A stretch of 64,000 bases of DNA from Picochlorum sp. SENEW3 (taxonomy: Eukaryota): NCBI GenBank assembly GCA_034226945.1, contig CP120462.1, positions 62,001 through 126,000 of the forward strand, written 5' to 3'. Numbering within the stretch: position 1 is the first letter of the stretch; each line of letters begins with the position of its first letter. Below the pieces are notes generated by a model. It did no database searches and was not told the origin of the DNA. It saw only the letters and a list, made by a program, of their open reading frames with translations. The translations under genes and the position numbers were made by a program. Shown one piece after another: positions 22,068 through 33,520 of this stretch.

Positions 22068-24113
22068 TCATCCCATTCTCCAGTCATCTTCCTCCGGAAA
22101 CAGTTCCCCGTCCACAGAGGTTAAATCTGTTGGGAAGCCGCGAAGCCTCGAGTCATAGTGTGACAGAATATCTGGGTTAGGACCGGCTGTGAGCAAGTCT
22201 GCGAATTCTTCGCGAGAGACTTTCCCATCGCCGTTTGTATCTGCCTCTCTCAACATGGTCCGTGCTTCAACAGCCCTCTCTGATTCCTCGCTGGAGAATA
22301 GGGGGTCCATTGTCCCACCCATAAGCTCCTCCAAGGAATCTAATGCAATATACCCGTCTCCGTTCCTATCCAATCTATCGAAAGCTCTATCTACCCAAAC
22401 GGTCCATCGCGCGTCTTCTTGCAGAGCTGGCCAGTCAATCATGCCAGCAACAAATTCTGGAAGTTGGAGGGAGCCATCCTTGTTCGAATCAACTTTATCC
22501 ATCAACTGCTCTAATTCTTCGCTCTCTACATCGTATCCAAGGCGCTCCAGACCTAATACTAGTTCGTCCATTGACACAGATCCCGAAGCATCCACATCCA
22601 ACTCGTCAAAAAGGCCAGACAATGTCTGTAACAAGACGACAGAACCCTCAGTTGCTCCGGCATCCACCATGACATCTCCTGTCATCGTTGCTATGGTGTC
22701 TTCATGGAGATCGTCTGCAATGATCCGAAGAACAAGCTGTTTCAACTTGCCATACGTGGCGAATCGTTGCAATCGTTGCACTACGGAGGACCTCAAGGGG
22801 AGCGCAGGAGCTGCCTCCTTCTCTGCCAACCAAGGATGTTTCAGAGCCTCATTGGCAGAAATACGTCTCGTTGGATCTCTATGCAGCATTTTACGCAGCA
22901 AATCACGTGCATTCCTTGATAAATGGGATAATTCTGCAGCGTCATAATCAATTCGCTCCGTCAGGATGGACTTCCAAACCTGCTGCAGAGTGCAGTCTCT
23001 CACATTCTCCCAGAATGGAAACTTTCCGGTCAATAGCTGATACATCATGATTCCAGCAGACCATATGTCAGCCTTCTCAGTATACGACTGACGAATGACT
23101 TCTGGCGCCATGTATGCAGGTGTTCCACTCCTGGATTTCAAAGGAGGCTCATCTCCACGATGGCGAATGGACAACCCAAAATCAGTCGCCTTCACCATCA
23201 GTTCATGGTCCATGCTGTACTCATCATGTACTGTGCTACGCGTGTATGTATTCTGCAACACATCATCACCCTCGTCCTGGCTACTTCCATCGGACTCATC
23301 ATCTTGCATGCCAATAGCATGAGAAAAACTTTTCCACAACTTTCTTCCTGGGCCAACATTCTTTCTCTTCTTTCTCTTCTTCCTTTCCTCCTCCTGCCGA
23401 CTTTTATGCAACAACATGAAGTTCTCTGGCTTCACATCTCTATATACAATCCCTTTTGAATGGCACTGGCTAAGAAACCGCAGCACCGATCGCATGATAT
23501 GGGCCACCTGGCGTTCGCTATACTCTCCCGTCTTCAGCCTGTCCAATACAGACCCCCCCTCGCACAATTCCATCACCAAATGCAACGCAGCATCATCTTC
23601 AAACACATCTTTCAAATACACCGCATCCAGCGAAGACCCAATTTGACCCATCGCATCCACCTCTGTCTGAAGTTTGAGCAAATACCTTGGGGTGCACTTG
23701 TGATTCTTTGGCATTTTTGGTATTGACTTTACTGCGTACATCTTTCCCGTCACCTTTTCCGTACATCTACGTACTACACCAAAACTTCCTGCTCCGAGAA
23801 CCTCCTCAAGAGTATATTTATCCCTGATGTTCCTCCCAAATCCAAACACATTCCGTACCTCTGATGGTGACAACTCACACTTTAGAGGCTTCTGGAGCAC
23901 ATCAGAATCCCCAGCTTTGGCACTATAATCCGCATGTAAGCAATATACAATGCACTTCCTCTGATCCACAGCCACACGTCTACCAGATCGACATCCTCTC
24001 CGGCTCCTCCAAGCGCCCTTGGTTTTGCTCAACTGCTGGTGCGCACGTGGCACGTACTCGCTCACCAGCGAGCACGAATGCCCTCGATGATGCAACCCAG
24101 CAATTACTACCAT
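22068..24113 (-). CDS. Calcium-dependent protein kinase
   Basis: LGAGSFG, YRDVKPEN, DFG, GTPAYMAPE, a junction region and four EF hands (DVDASG, DSNKDG, DRNGDG, DTNGDG). Confidence 0.93.
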   Translation of the reverse strand: MVVIAGLHHRGHSCSLVSEYVPRAHQQLSKTKGAWRSRRGCRSGRRVAVDQRKCIVYCLHADYSAKAGDSDVLQKPLKCELSPSEVRNVFGFGRNIRDKYTLEEVLGAGSFGVVRRCTEKVTGKMYAVKSIPKMPKNHKCTPRYLLKLQTEVDAMGQIGSSLDAVYLKDVFEDDAALHLVMELCEGGSVLDRLKTGEYSERQVAHIMRSVLRFLSQCHSKGIVYRDVKPENFMLLHKSRQEEERKKRKKRKNVGPGRKLWKSFSHAIGMQDDESDGSSQDEGDDVLQNTYTRSTVHDEYSMDHELMVKATDFGLSIRHRGDEPPLKSRSGTPAYMAPEVIRQSYTEKADIWSAGIMMYQLLTGKFPFWENVRDCTLQQVWKSILTERIDYDAAELSHLSRNARDLLRKMLHRDPTRRISANEALKHPWLAEKEAAPALPLRSSVVQRLQRFATYGKLKQLVLRIIADDLHEDTIATMTGDVMVDAGATEGSVVLLQTLSGLFDELDVDASGSVSMDELVLGLERLGYDVESEELEQLMDKVDSNKDGSLQLPEFVAGMIDWPALQEDARWTVWVDRAFDRLDRNGDGYIALDSLEELMGGTMDPLFSSEESERAVEARTMLREADTNGDGKVSREEFADLLTAGPNPDILSHYDSRLRGFPTDLTSVDGELFPEEDDWRMG

Positions 24114-24812
24114 CACAGATGATCTAATTCAGTATTTATTAAATGTGATGCCTGGCCTAGGCCACAGGTGACGTATCTCCGTTCCGACAGCGAATTCCGG
24201 TCCCGAGAAGGACAATACGCCCCTGCCTAGAGTAGAGTATACAAGTATGTTACCTGGATTTACAAATATGTTCTTGAAAAACAAAGACGATGAAGAACGA
24301 GAGATATTGTCCAGGTTTCAACGAATTCATAACATGTGGGGCAATCACAACTTGTTTCCTAACACACCTGTCGAGATCGATCTCAGTGATCGATTTTCGT
24401 CTCAACTTTTCATTTGAAATGGATTCACAGACGTCCTGGCGAATAGAAAGCCACCTTGGTCACGCGACTGTCGACGTTGGTCCTTAATAAAACTTTAAAA
24501 TCAAAAAAAGTGGCGCCTTCATCCCAGGGGAAGGAGGCATCTGCTCCAGCAATGACAGTCAATGCTGTAGCTGGAACATTGTATGAACAGCCATACGCCA
24601 GAGCGAGCGGTAATCTAATATATTTTACATATTCTATCATAGGATTATACATTTGAGTTTTTATCAACTGTATCTGGCGTATCTGGAGGCACATGTCACA
24701 TTCAAGTCAGAGCCATTCGAACAAGATCTGAACAGCGACGAATGCTGTTAAAGTACTAAATACAGTATAGAAATACTCTTTTTGCAGTAAAGAATAGGTA
24801 TTTATTGCTATA

Positions 24813-26165
24813 ATGGAGAAGAAGGCGGATCAGGTGGGAATGTCGATGTACCGGCTTTCAGTTTTGGTGATGCTTGGTCTGATTCTGGTGTCGCCGTTCC
24901 TGTGGATGGCGATTGATGGGTCAAATGTGGCACTGACGGTTGTGGCCTCTTTTCATTCTACTTCGTCGGAGACTGGGGAGCAGCGAATGTTGCTCGGGTA
25001 TTCTCGGGATGGCAGTTTACAGGCATACAATGAAGAGGCTCTGGAGAAGCCGTGCAGAGCTCCAGCTGGGGGAGAGGATTCTGTTCCTTCGTTAGAATTC
25101 ATTCATGAATGGGCGAGTGAAAAAGATGCCATAGAAAGAGAATCCGTGACGTTATTGACCCATCTGTCAGTTGACAGATTGACAATGCTTGAAAACCAGT
25201 GCATGACATGGGCAGATCCTCTGGTTGCCGAGGTGTATGTGCCGCTGGTACGATCTAAACAGAGGGACTCCAAGCCTGCTGTGTATGAAAGTTCGAGCTC
25301 TTTAGGAGAGATCACTCGAGGTATCTCATCCTTCCATTCTAATATGGAACGTCAGGGGTCCTGCAAGCTGCACATTGAACTTGTGGGACAGTACATCAAG
25401 GATGAGAAGAAGACTCCTTACCCCATCAACGCTCTCCGAAATAGAGCCATGGACTTGGCAAGAACAGAGTTGGTTATTTTACTGGATGTCGATTTCGTAG
25501 CAACGCCTCTGCTCGGGCTGCCACAGCCGGGATACAAAGACCCTCAGGTGTTTGACCAGATGCTCAGCATTGCAAACAATAGAAAGGCTCTCGTTGTTCC
25601 TGCGTTTGAACTCACGAATAGACATGTCGAGCCCATCCTTGGACAAAACTATGCTAGAAATTTAGTTCTGGATGGCAAAACGGCGGTCGTGAAGAGCTGG
25701 CAGGCTGGCGCAGTGGATTACTTTAATGCTCATGACGCCCCCTGGGGCCATGGCCCCACGAACACGTCGCGGTGGGCCCGTTTGACCAAGCCAGTCATGT
25801 ACAAGATCGATTACAAACCAAAATACGAACCGTTCGTGTTGCTGTCGCGGAAATTGGCTCCATATGCAGATGAAAGGTTTGTGGGATATGGTGGAAACAA
25901 GATTGCATACATCAATCAGCTTGTTGGGCTCGATTTTGGGTTCAGAGTCCATCCATATGCATTCTCTATCCACGTTCCTCATCATAGAACAAAAGCAGCG
26001 GACAGATTTGTTGCTCATAAGAAGAACGGGCACTCGGAGATTGAGCAGTTGAGAGTTGACATTGAACAATCAATACACAAAGGAGACTATGCTCCAGTGA
26101 CTGCTGGATGCACCTCAGATCAGGGGAAGCGCTCTGTTTTCACCACAAAGAAACAGTTTGAATAA
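24813..26165 (+). CDS. GT49 (LARGE/B4GAT1-like) glycosyltransferase, type II membrane
   Basis: N-terminal TM, YPINALRN, DxD motif LDVDF, ALVVPAFE, YEPF, DERFVGYGGNK. Confidence 0.85.
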   Translation: MEKKADQVGMSMYRLSVLVMLGLILVSPFLWMAIDGSNVALTVVASFHSTSSETGEQRMLLGYSRDGSLQAYNEEALEKPCRAPAGGEDSVPSLEFIHEWASEKDAIERESVTLLTHLSVDRLTMLENQCMTWADPLVAEVYVPLVRSKQRDSKPAVYESSSSLGEITRGISSFHSNMERQGSCKLHIELVGQYIKDEKKTPYPINALRNRAMDLARTELVILLDVDFVATPLLGLPQPGYKDPQVFDQMLSIANNRKALVVPAFELTNRHVEPILGQNYARNLVLDGKTAVVKSWQAGAVDYFNAHDAPWGHGPTNTSRWARLTKPVMYKIDYKPKYEPFVLLSRKLAPYADERFVGYGGNKIAYINQLVGLDFGFRVHPYAFSIHVPHHRTKAADRFVAHKKNGHSEIEQLRVDIEQSIHKGDYAPVTAGCTSDQGKRSVFTTKKQFE

Positions 26166-26325
26166 ATTATTATTTATTGTAAGAAGGTAAAATACCATTC
26201 ATTTCGACGGTATCTTGAGCAAACACAGCATGCACATCTGAAGCATGCGATTGCTGCTGTCATCCTGAAGTATCTGGATCAGACCTATTCATAGAATTTC
26301 ACAAAATTTTGGTTATATATAGAAG

Positions 26326-29300
26326 ATGAGAAAAAAGGTGGATTCTCGAATTCGAACATTGGTAGAAAATGGGGTAAAATTACGCCATCGTTCACTTTTC
26401 GTCATTGTGGGGGATAAGGGACGAGATCAGGTGTGTATTATGCATTATCTGGGAATGATGGACTGTTTTAATGATGTGGATGGGCCGTTTCTATACAGGT
26501 TGTCAACTTGCATTACATGCTCTCAAAAACTGTGGTCAAATCTCGTCCTTCTGTTCTTTGGTGTTACAAGAATGACCTGTATTTGAGTTCCCATCGTAAG
26601 AAGAGGATGAAGCAAATTCAGAAAATGGCCCAGCGAGGTCTGCTGGACCCAGAAAAGGAGGACCCATTTTCTCTTTTTGTGGCATCAACTGACATTCGCT
26701 ATTGTTACTACTCTGAGACTCACAAGATTCTTGGTAATACATATGGAATGCTCGTCTTACAAGACTTTGAAGCACTTACTCCTAATTTGCTGGCAAGGAC
26801 TGTGGAGACGGTGGAAGGTGGCGGTATTGTTGTGTTTCTGCTGTCGTCGCTGGATTCTCTGACGCAGTTGTATTCGTTGACCATGGATGTTCACGCTCGG
26901 TTGAGAACAGAATCGCATCAGCAGGTAGTTCCAAGATTTAATGAGCGATTGGTGTTATCTTTGTCAAAATGCTCATCGTGCATCTTGATGGATGATGAAC
27001 TGAATGTTCTCCCTACGAGTTCGCACATTCGGTCCATCAAGCCTGTTCCAACGAACCCAGATGGCTCTCTTGCGATTGAGACAGAAGGAATGGCTGCATC
27101 TGCAGAATTAAAAGAATTGCAGGAAAGTTTAGAAGATGTTCAGCCAGCAGGAGCTCTAGTGTCGCGCTGCAAATCATTAGACCAAGGAAAAGCTGTTGTA
27201 TCTTTCCTGGACGCTGCATCGGAGAAGACGCTGCGAAGCACTGTGGCTCTCACAGCCGCAAGAGGGCGAGGAAAGTCAGCGGCACTCGGCCTTGCAATCG
27301 CTGGGGCCATTGGTTTGGGGTATTCAAATATTTTTGTGACTGCTCCATCTCCAGAGAACCTCAAAACATTGTTTGAATTCATATTCAAAGGGTTGGACGA
27401 TTTAGAGTATAAGGAGCATTTAGATTATGATCTTGTGGAGAGTACAAATCCAGCGTTTGGAAAAGCAATTGTACGGGTCAATGTGTATCGAACCCATCGA
27501 CAGACTGTCCAGTACATCCAGCCCCAGCATTACGCAAAGTTGGCACAGGCTGAGCTGCTTGTGATTGACGAGGCTGCGGCTATCCCGCTTCCAATAGTAA
27601 AGCAAATGCTGGGTCCTTATCTGATATTTTTATGTTCGACAGTCAATGGCTATGAAGGCACAGGAAGATCTCTGAGTCTCAAATTGATCCAGCAATTGCG
27701 ATCTCAGGGTGCCAAGCTGGACAGCTCAAAGGACAAAGATGGCTCCAAAGATACTTCTGCCGGTGGAAGAACATTCAGGGAAATTGTTCTTCAGGAACCT
27801 ATTAGATATGCTCCTGGTGATGCAATCGAATCATGGCTGAATAAGCTCCTCTGCTTGGATGCAGCAGATTTTGTTCCACCAGTCCCTAGCAGGCTGCCAC
27901 ACCCAGAGGAGTGTGACCTGTACTATGTCGAACGAGATACCCTCTTCAGTGGTCATGCTGCGTCTGAATCATTTTTACAGCGAGTCATGTCGCTGTATGT
28001 ATCATCTCACTACAGAAACACACCAAATGACCTGTTGCTCTTGGCAGATGCTCCTGCACATCAGCTCTACGTTCTTCTCGGCCCAGTGGACGAGTCTACA
28101 TCATCGCTGCCAGACATTCTTGCAGTTGTACAGATTGCTCTCGAAGGAACTGTTTCCAAGAAGACTGCCAAGGCAAGCTTGGCAGCAGGACAGCTGCCAC
28201 AGGGAGACCTGATTCCATGGACTGTTGGCCAGCAATTCCAAGATTCGGAATTTCCAGGGCTTTCTGGAGCTCGAATTGTCAGAATTGCAGTACATCCAGA
28301 GATTCCAAGAGCCGGGTATGGTTCTAGAGCAGTGGCATTGCTGAAAAGGTATTTTGAAGGTGACATTGCCATGCTCAGTGAAGATGAAGATGGAGCTCCT
28401 GTCAAGACCAGAGCGGCATATCCTACATCTTCACATAATGATACACAGACGCTGCTTTCAGAGGAGCTGGGGCCTCGGTCAAATTTGCCCCCGCTTCTCA
28501 CAGATCTGCCCCATCGCAGCCCAGAATCTCTTCATTACATTGGAACCTCATTTGGTCTCACACAGGAGTTGTACAATTTCTGGAAGAAAAACGGATATCT
28601 TCCTCTGTATTTGCGTCAGACACCCAGCGACGTGACAGGAGAACATACAGTGTTGATGTTGCAAGCGCTGCGGTCGGATGAATTGACATCAGACACTTGG
28701 CTAGACCCTTTTGTCGCAGATTTCAGGCTCCGCTTCCAGTCCCTCTTGGCAGGAAACTTTAGAAACTTTAGCGCAGCATTGTCACTCACCATCTTAGACC
28801 CTACCATACGGTATCCAGATGCAGACGAAGAATCAAAGGTTGAGGCAACAAAGCACGTGCTCCGCCCAGATGGGCAACCACTGTCACCATACGACATGAA
28901 GAGACTGCAGGCATATTCATCAAATCTAGTCGATCACCACCTTATTCTAGATCTTATGCCATCATTAGCACGGGCATATTTCTCGAGGCATATTCCAGCA
29001 ACTCTATCCTACAGTCAGGCAGCAATTCTCCTCACCCTGGGTTTACAATGCAAATCAGTGGATGACGTCGCCCAGGATCTCGGCCTTCCAGTCACGCAGG
29101 TACTTGCATTATTCTCTAAATCAGTGCGCAAGCTTCACTCCCACCTGGAAGCTGGAAAGGAAGCCCAGATTGCCAGGAAACTTCCCGCTCGCAAGGACCT
29201 CAAGGCCACAACAGCATCCCTAAAACCCTATGCTGTCGACCTCGATGAAGACTTGGAACAGGGTGCTGCAGAGGTCAATGAGCAGATGAAACACTATGAG

Positions 29301-29555
29301 AAAGAACTAGGCAACCTTGAGCAGTACGCCATCAAAGGATCCGCAGAGGAAGTCGCCCAAGCAGCTGCAGGTGCCCAACTCACCTCGGGTGGCCTCATCA
29401 GCGTCAAGGTACCACAGAATGCCGATGATACGCCAGCTACGAAGAAGAAGAACAAGAAGAAGAGGTCCGATCATGATGATACCACTAAGAAGGCCAACGG
29501 GCCATCGTCATCAAACAAGAAGAAGAAGAAGCTTCAGAAGAAGCAAAAGACGTAG
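26326..29555 (+). CDS. NAT10: RNA cytidine acetyltransferase (NAT10/KRE33); intron 26431-26498
   Basis: MRKKVDSRIRTLVENG, LQDFEALTPNLLARTVETVEGGG, RGRGKSAALG, IDEAAAIP, GARIVRIAVHP, Lys-rich tail. Confidence 0.97.
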
Positions 29556-29685
29556 GTGGCGCCCAATTGCAATGACGACCCTTGACCTACATTCTGTCCA
29601 CTTGATCGTCCAACGTCTCCATTCTTAATGATACGCGAATTCGATTGCAAGCAAAAGACTCACTTTTAAAATATAACTATCAACA

Positions 29686-30098
29686 ATGCCATTGAATCCA
29701 AAGGCAGCAGAGTTTCAACCATCGACGTGGATGTCACCACGACACGGGTCCGGAGAAAAAACCACCATTGGTGGATACGCCTCATACCCCGTTAATATTC
29801 CTTTACCTGATGATCCATTCGCTCAGGAATACGACGATGTACGTGATCATGCTACGTCGTGTGAACATCGATCAAATCTACGACAGTGTCGTAGATTAGG
29901 GTGGGAGTGATTCATATGTGATGCTTGATGATACTGCAGATGGCCATATCTCCTGATGAGGCAGAGGAACTGGAAAACGTGCAGACTTGGGTGGAAATGA
30001 TGGCAGACCTGGAAGAGTCTGAAGGTGATCACCTGATTGCCATGGCTCTGAAATTTTCAGATAAAAAGCGCATTCATGAGCTCAGAAGCCGAGCATGA
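29686..30098 (+). CDS. Small PAM2-motif (PABP-interacting) protein; intron 29839-29939
   Basis: Starts MPLNPKAAEFQP (PAM2 consensus LNPxAxEFxP). A phase-0 GTACGT...CAG intron leads to an acidic exon MAISPDEAEELENVQTWVEMMADLEE...SRA*. Confidence 0.7.
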
Positions 30099-30156
30099 TT
30101 GCGGTACCATTTTTGTATATTTGTATAATTTTTTCATCTGTAACACGTATTGTTCA

Positions 30157-31828
30157 TCATGCGACACTCATACTCTCAGCTGCTGTGGACGCAGGAGATA
30201 TTCCTTTGCAGGCGTTTGGAATGTCTACGAGCTTGCCCTTCTTATCAAACTGCTTCCTGAATGGAATGAATTCCACTCCCATCATGAAGGGGCGAAGGGC
30301 GGGTGGAACCCTCACGCCACCCTCTTCCTGCCAGTTTTCCAAAAGGCAACACAGGGTGCGCTCTGTGGCAGAGAGGGTGGAATTCAACATGTGCACGTAT
30401 TCTTTTTTGGCTTCCACTCCCGGTGTTTTCACGGAGCGCAAGCGAATTTCGAGGCGGCGAGCCTGGTAGTCTGTGCAGTTGGAGCAAGAGACCAGCTCCC
30501 TGTATGTTGCCGATGCTGGGAACCATGCCTCCAAATCATACTTTTTGGCAGCGGCATTGTTCAGCTCTCCCGAAACGATATTCACCACTCTATATGGCAC
30601 TCCTAGCGATTGATAAAAGTCTTCTGAATTTCCAATCATCTCATCCAGCATCTTCCAACTGTCATCATCATGAGGAGATACAATGGCAAATTGTTCCACC
30701 TTTTCAAACTGGTGTACTCTGAAGATTCCCAATGTATCTCGACCATGAGATCCAGCTTCTTTACGGAAGCATGTGCTATAGCCAATGTATTTGATGGGCA
30801 GTTCTGTCTTTTCAAACCATTCACCTCTGTGGAGAGCACACAGGGTCTGCTCAGCAGTAGCAATCAAGTACTTTTCGTCTCCCTCCCCAGTCACCTTGTA
30901 CAGCTCCTCATCAAACTGGCTCAACTGTGCGCATTGCGCCATGACTGGCTTTTGCATAAAAAATGGAGTTTGGACGGGAGCAAAGCCCCTGCTGGCAGCA
31001 AACTGGATACCATAGTTGATCAACGCTTGGTTCAACAGGACACCTTCATTCTTCAAGTAATACCCCCTGCTCCCAGCCACAGCTGTCCCTCTCTCCAATT
31101 CAGCAATCCCCAACAGCTGCACCAAGTCCACATGGTTGTACAATTTCTCTTTTGATCCATCTGCAAGTTCTTTTGGCATTCTCAGCTCCCCAATCTCCCT
31201 GACTATAACATTATTTGCCTCATCATCGCTGATTGGCACAGAACTGTGTACAAGATTTCCAATCGGAGCAATGGCTGCATCGCGCTCCTCCTCCAATTCT
31301 GCAAGCTTGGCCTCTGCGTCTTTAATCGTCACCTTCATAGCCTTGCTCTTCTCAATCAACTCAGAAGCATCCTCCTTTGCCTGCATGATCATCCAAAAGC
31401 ACCTGGTTGGTCAAGAAGGAGCTGTGATACCACCCATCAAAGAAGAACACGCACCATGCGAAGCTTTTTGATCTCTTGTGTCAGGGCATTGAAGTCCATG
31501 TTCAGGGTGTCCAGGTTCCCCCTCGCTGCACATACACGTCACATCGTCAATGCTATAGTACATGTGGAATATGATGAAGAAAATACGCACCTTCTCGCCA
31601 CTTTCCATCGAGATCGAGCACGTTGTCCACCTGATCCACCTGAGCAAATCGTTCACGTTGAGATTTTCGCACAATGTCCGGGTTTCCACCCTTGTCTGCA
31701 TCCATACATGACAATAGGTTGATACATTGAGGGTATCAGGACAAATAGCATCGCAATATTCAAAGGGATGGTGATTTTGGAGCCGCCGAGCAAGTCGTAC
31801 CTGTGCGGAACAGGTTGATATCCAGCAT
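30157..31828 (-). CDS. SARS: Seryl-tRNA synthetase, cytosolic (4 exons)
   Basis: Exon 1 MLDINLFRT, exon 2 [60 protein letters not shown]. Confidence 0.96.
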
Positions 31829-32073
31829 TGTAACAACACACACACGGCATCAACGATCCATATACTATTCAATCTGTGAATTGGAATGCAGATGATGAGC
31901 ATATGGCCCCACAAGCAAGAAGGCTCTCCGTAATAAGAATCATCCCTGCAAGGGTGTACCCACTCAACGTCATGAATGCCTTGGTGTCTCCATCGTATGC
32001 GCACTATACTATGATATATACTATCGCAATGATATCACATACATGAATTCTTGAAGAAAAGGGGATATACACG

Positions 32074-32386
32074 ATGGCATTGCAGTCCAAGTTTTTAAAT
32101 CAAGGTCTTCCTTTGGTGCTTCTCACAGTGGGTGGCTGGTTTGCCTTGTCCCAGTTTGTCAAGAATAGGATTGATGCACAGGCATGTAGTCTCTGTTACC
32201 AATATGCTGATTCTGGTCAGAATGTTGAATTGTTTACATGTGCAGGAGGCGCAACGTACCCATGTTGATGACAGAGCTCCCGTCCAAAAGCAGAGGGCCA
32301 AGAAATTCAATTTACAAGAGGAAGCAGAAAGGATACGGAAACATCATGTAGAAAAAGAATACAAGAACAGACCAATTTCTCGCTGA
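32074..32386 (+). CDS. COX16: Cytochrome c oxidase assembly factor COX16-like; GC-AG intron 32182-32245
   Basis: FLNQGLPLVLLTVGGWFALSQF..RID followed by KFNLQEE and a C-terminal YKNRPISR, matching the COX16 layout. Confidence 0.7.
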
Positions 32387-32397
32387 TAGTTGGTATA

Positions 32398-33236
32398 CTA
32401 GTGGATGGGGCGTTGTCTCACAAAAAAAGTGCATTCATCGTCCCCCTCAGCTTTGGAACTCAGCAGCTCGGCATGGCACATGGACCCTGATGTGGTGTGC
32501 AATAACCACAATTTATCTTGGCTGCAGCAACAGCATGAGAGCAAGTTTCTCCTATTTTCTTTCGTGAGAATTCTATCGTACAAACAGTCGTGTACTTTCA
32601 GAGTGGAGATGTTTGGATCGCATGCCAAGGTTGTCTGAAAGCCAGCTCCATAGTCTGATTGAAGGCCTCTCAATCTGCCTTGCAGGGTTTTATACGCATC
32701 TCGATGCAATATAGACGTCATTCTGAGCAAAAACCTGTACATGAACACACACACTTACTTGATTTCATAATAATCCGTACAGGAGAATGCTGCAAAAAAA
32801 AGTCAAGTCGGACATACTCTAATACTGGTGTCGTCTTCCCACCACCATGCTCCCGTATGATATCTACAACCTCTTGCTCATTCCTAATAAAAGGTGTCAA
32901 ACAAGAATGCGTCGCAAGGATGAGGCTTGCCACCGATACATGCAGCCTGCTACGAGAATCTCCATCAGAATACTCCTCACCATGGGTGTGCATGTATGTT
33001 TGGTATTCCTCTTCAAGTTTCCTTCGAATCAACCCAGAGTGACCAGCCAGCTCTGGTCGAGTCTTACATCGAGACTCAACAAGGCCCTTGATCCACCACG
33101 TCCGTGTCATGTCCTCCAGAGCATGCTGGACCTTTTCAAACCTATCAAGCCAGTGTGACCCACGTTCCATTTCTGCTGCGAAACACGTTGATGAGAACGC
33201 CCTTTTTCCTATATAATTTGATATACTCCTTTTCAT
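32398..33236 (-). CDS. Hypothetical 2-exon protein, possibly ATC-hydrolase-like fold, mitochondrial-type presequence
   Basis: Two overlapping minus-strand ORFs joined by a GTATGT...CAG intron; VHDCLY...CCCCSQD pattern. Confidence 0.5.
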
Positions 33237-33520
33237 TATACCATGGGCAGCATGCCTTTTTTCTCTTTTTTAAAACCAATCTTGGTGGGTTTAGGAAGCT
33301 TTTTTCAAAAGCAACATGTGCGTATCGAATCTCTTAAATTGGGAATCAGTTCTGTTTTTGTACTCCTCTCGTGTCCCCCCATACATCAGTATGAGTGCTG
33401 TTTTCGCATTTACATGAAATACATCTCAACACAGGGGTATACATACGTCAGTATGGCGGTGTAGTCGCCGTGCTTCGAATTTGAATCTGCGCAACGACAT
33501 TGCTTTTTCAGCCTGATTGG

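Noticed and set aside
24250..24260. TTACCTGG resembling the U1 snRNA 5' end
   Set aside because: Only a partial match, with no downstream U1 stem-loops or Sm site recognised.
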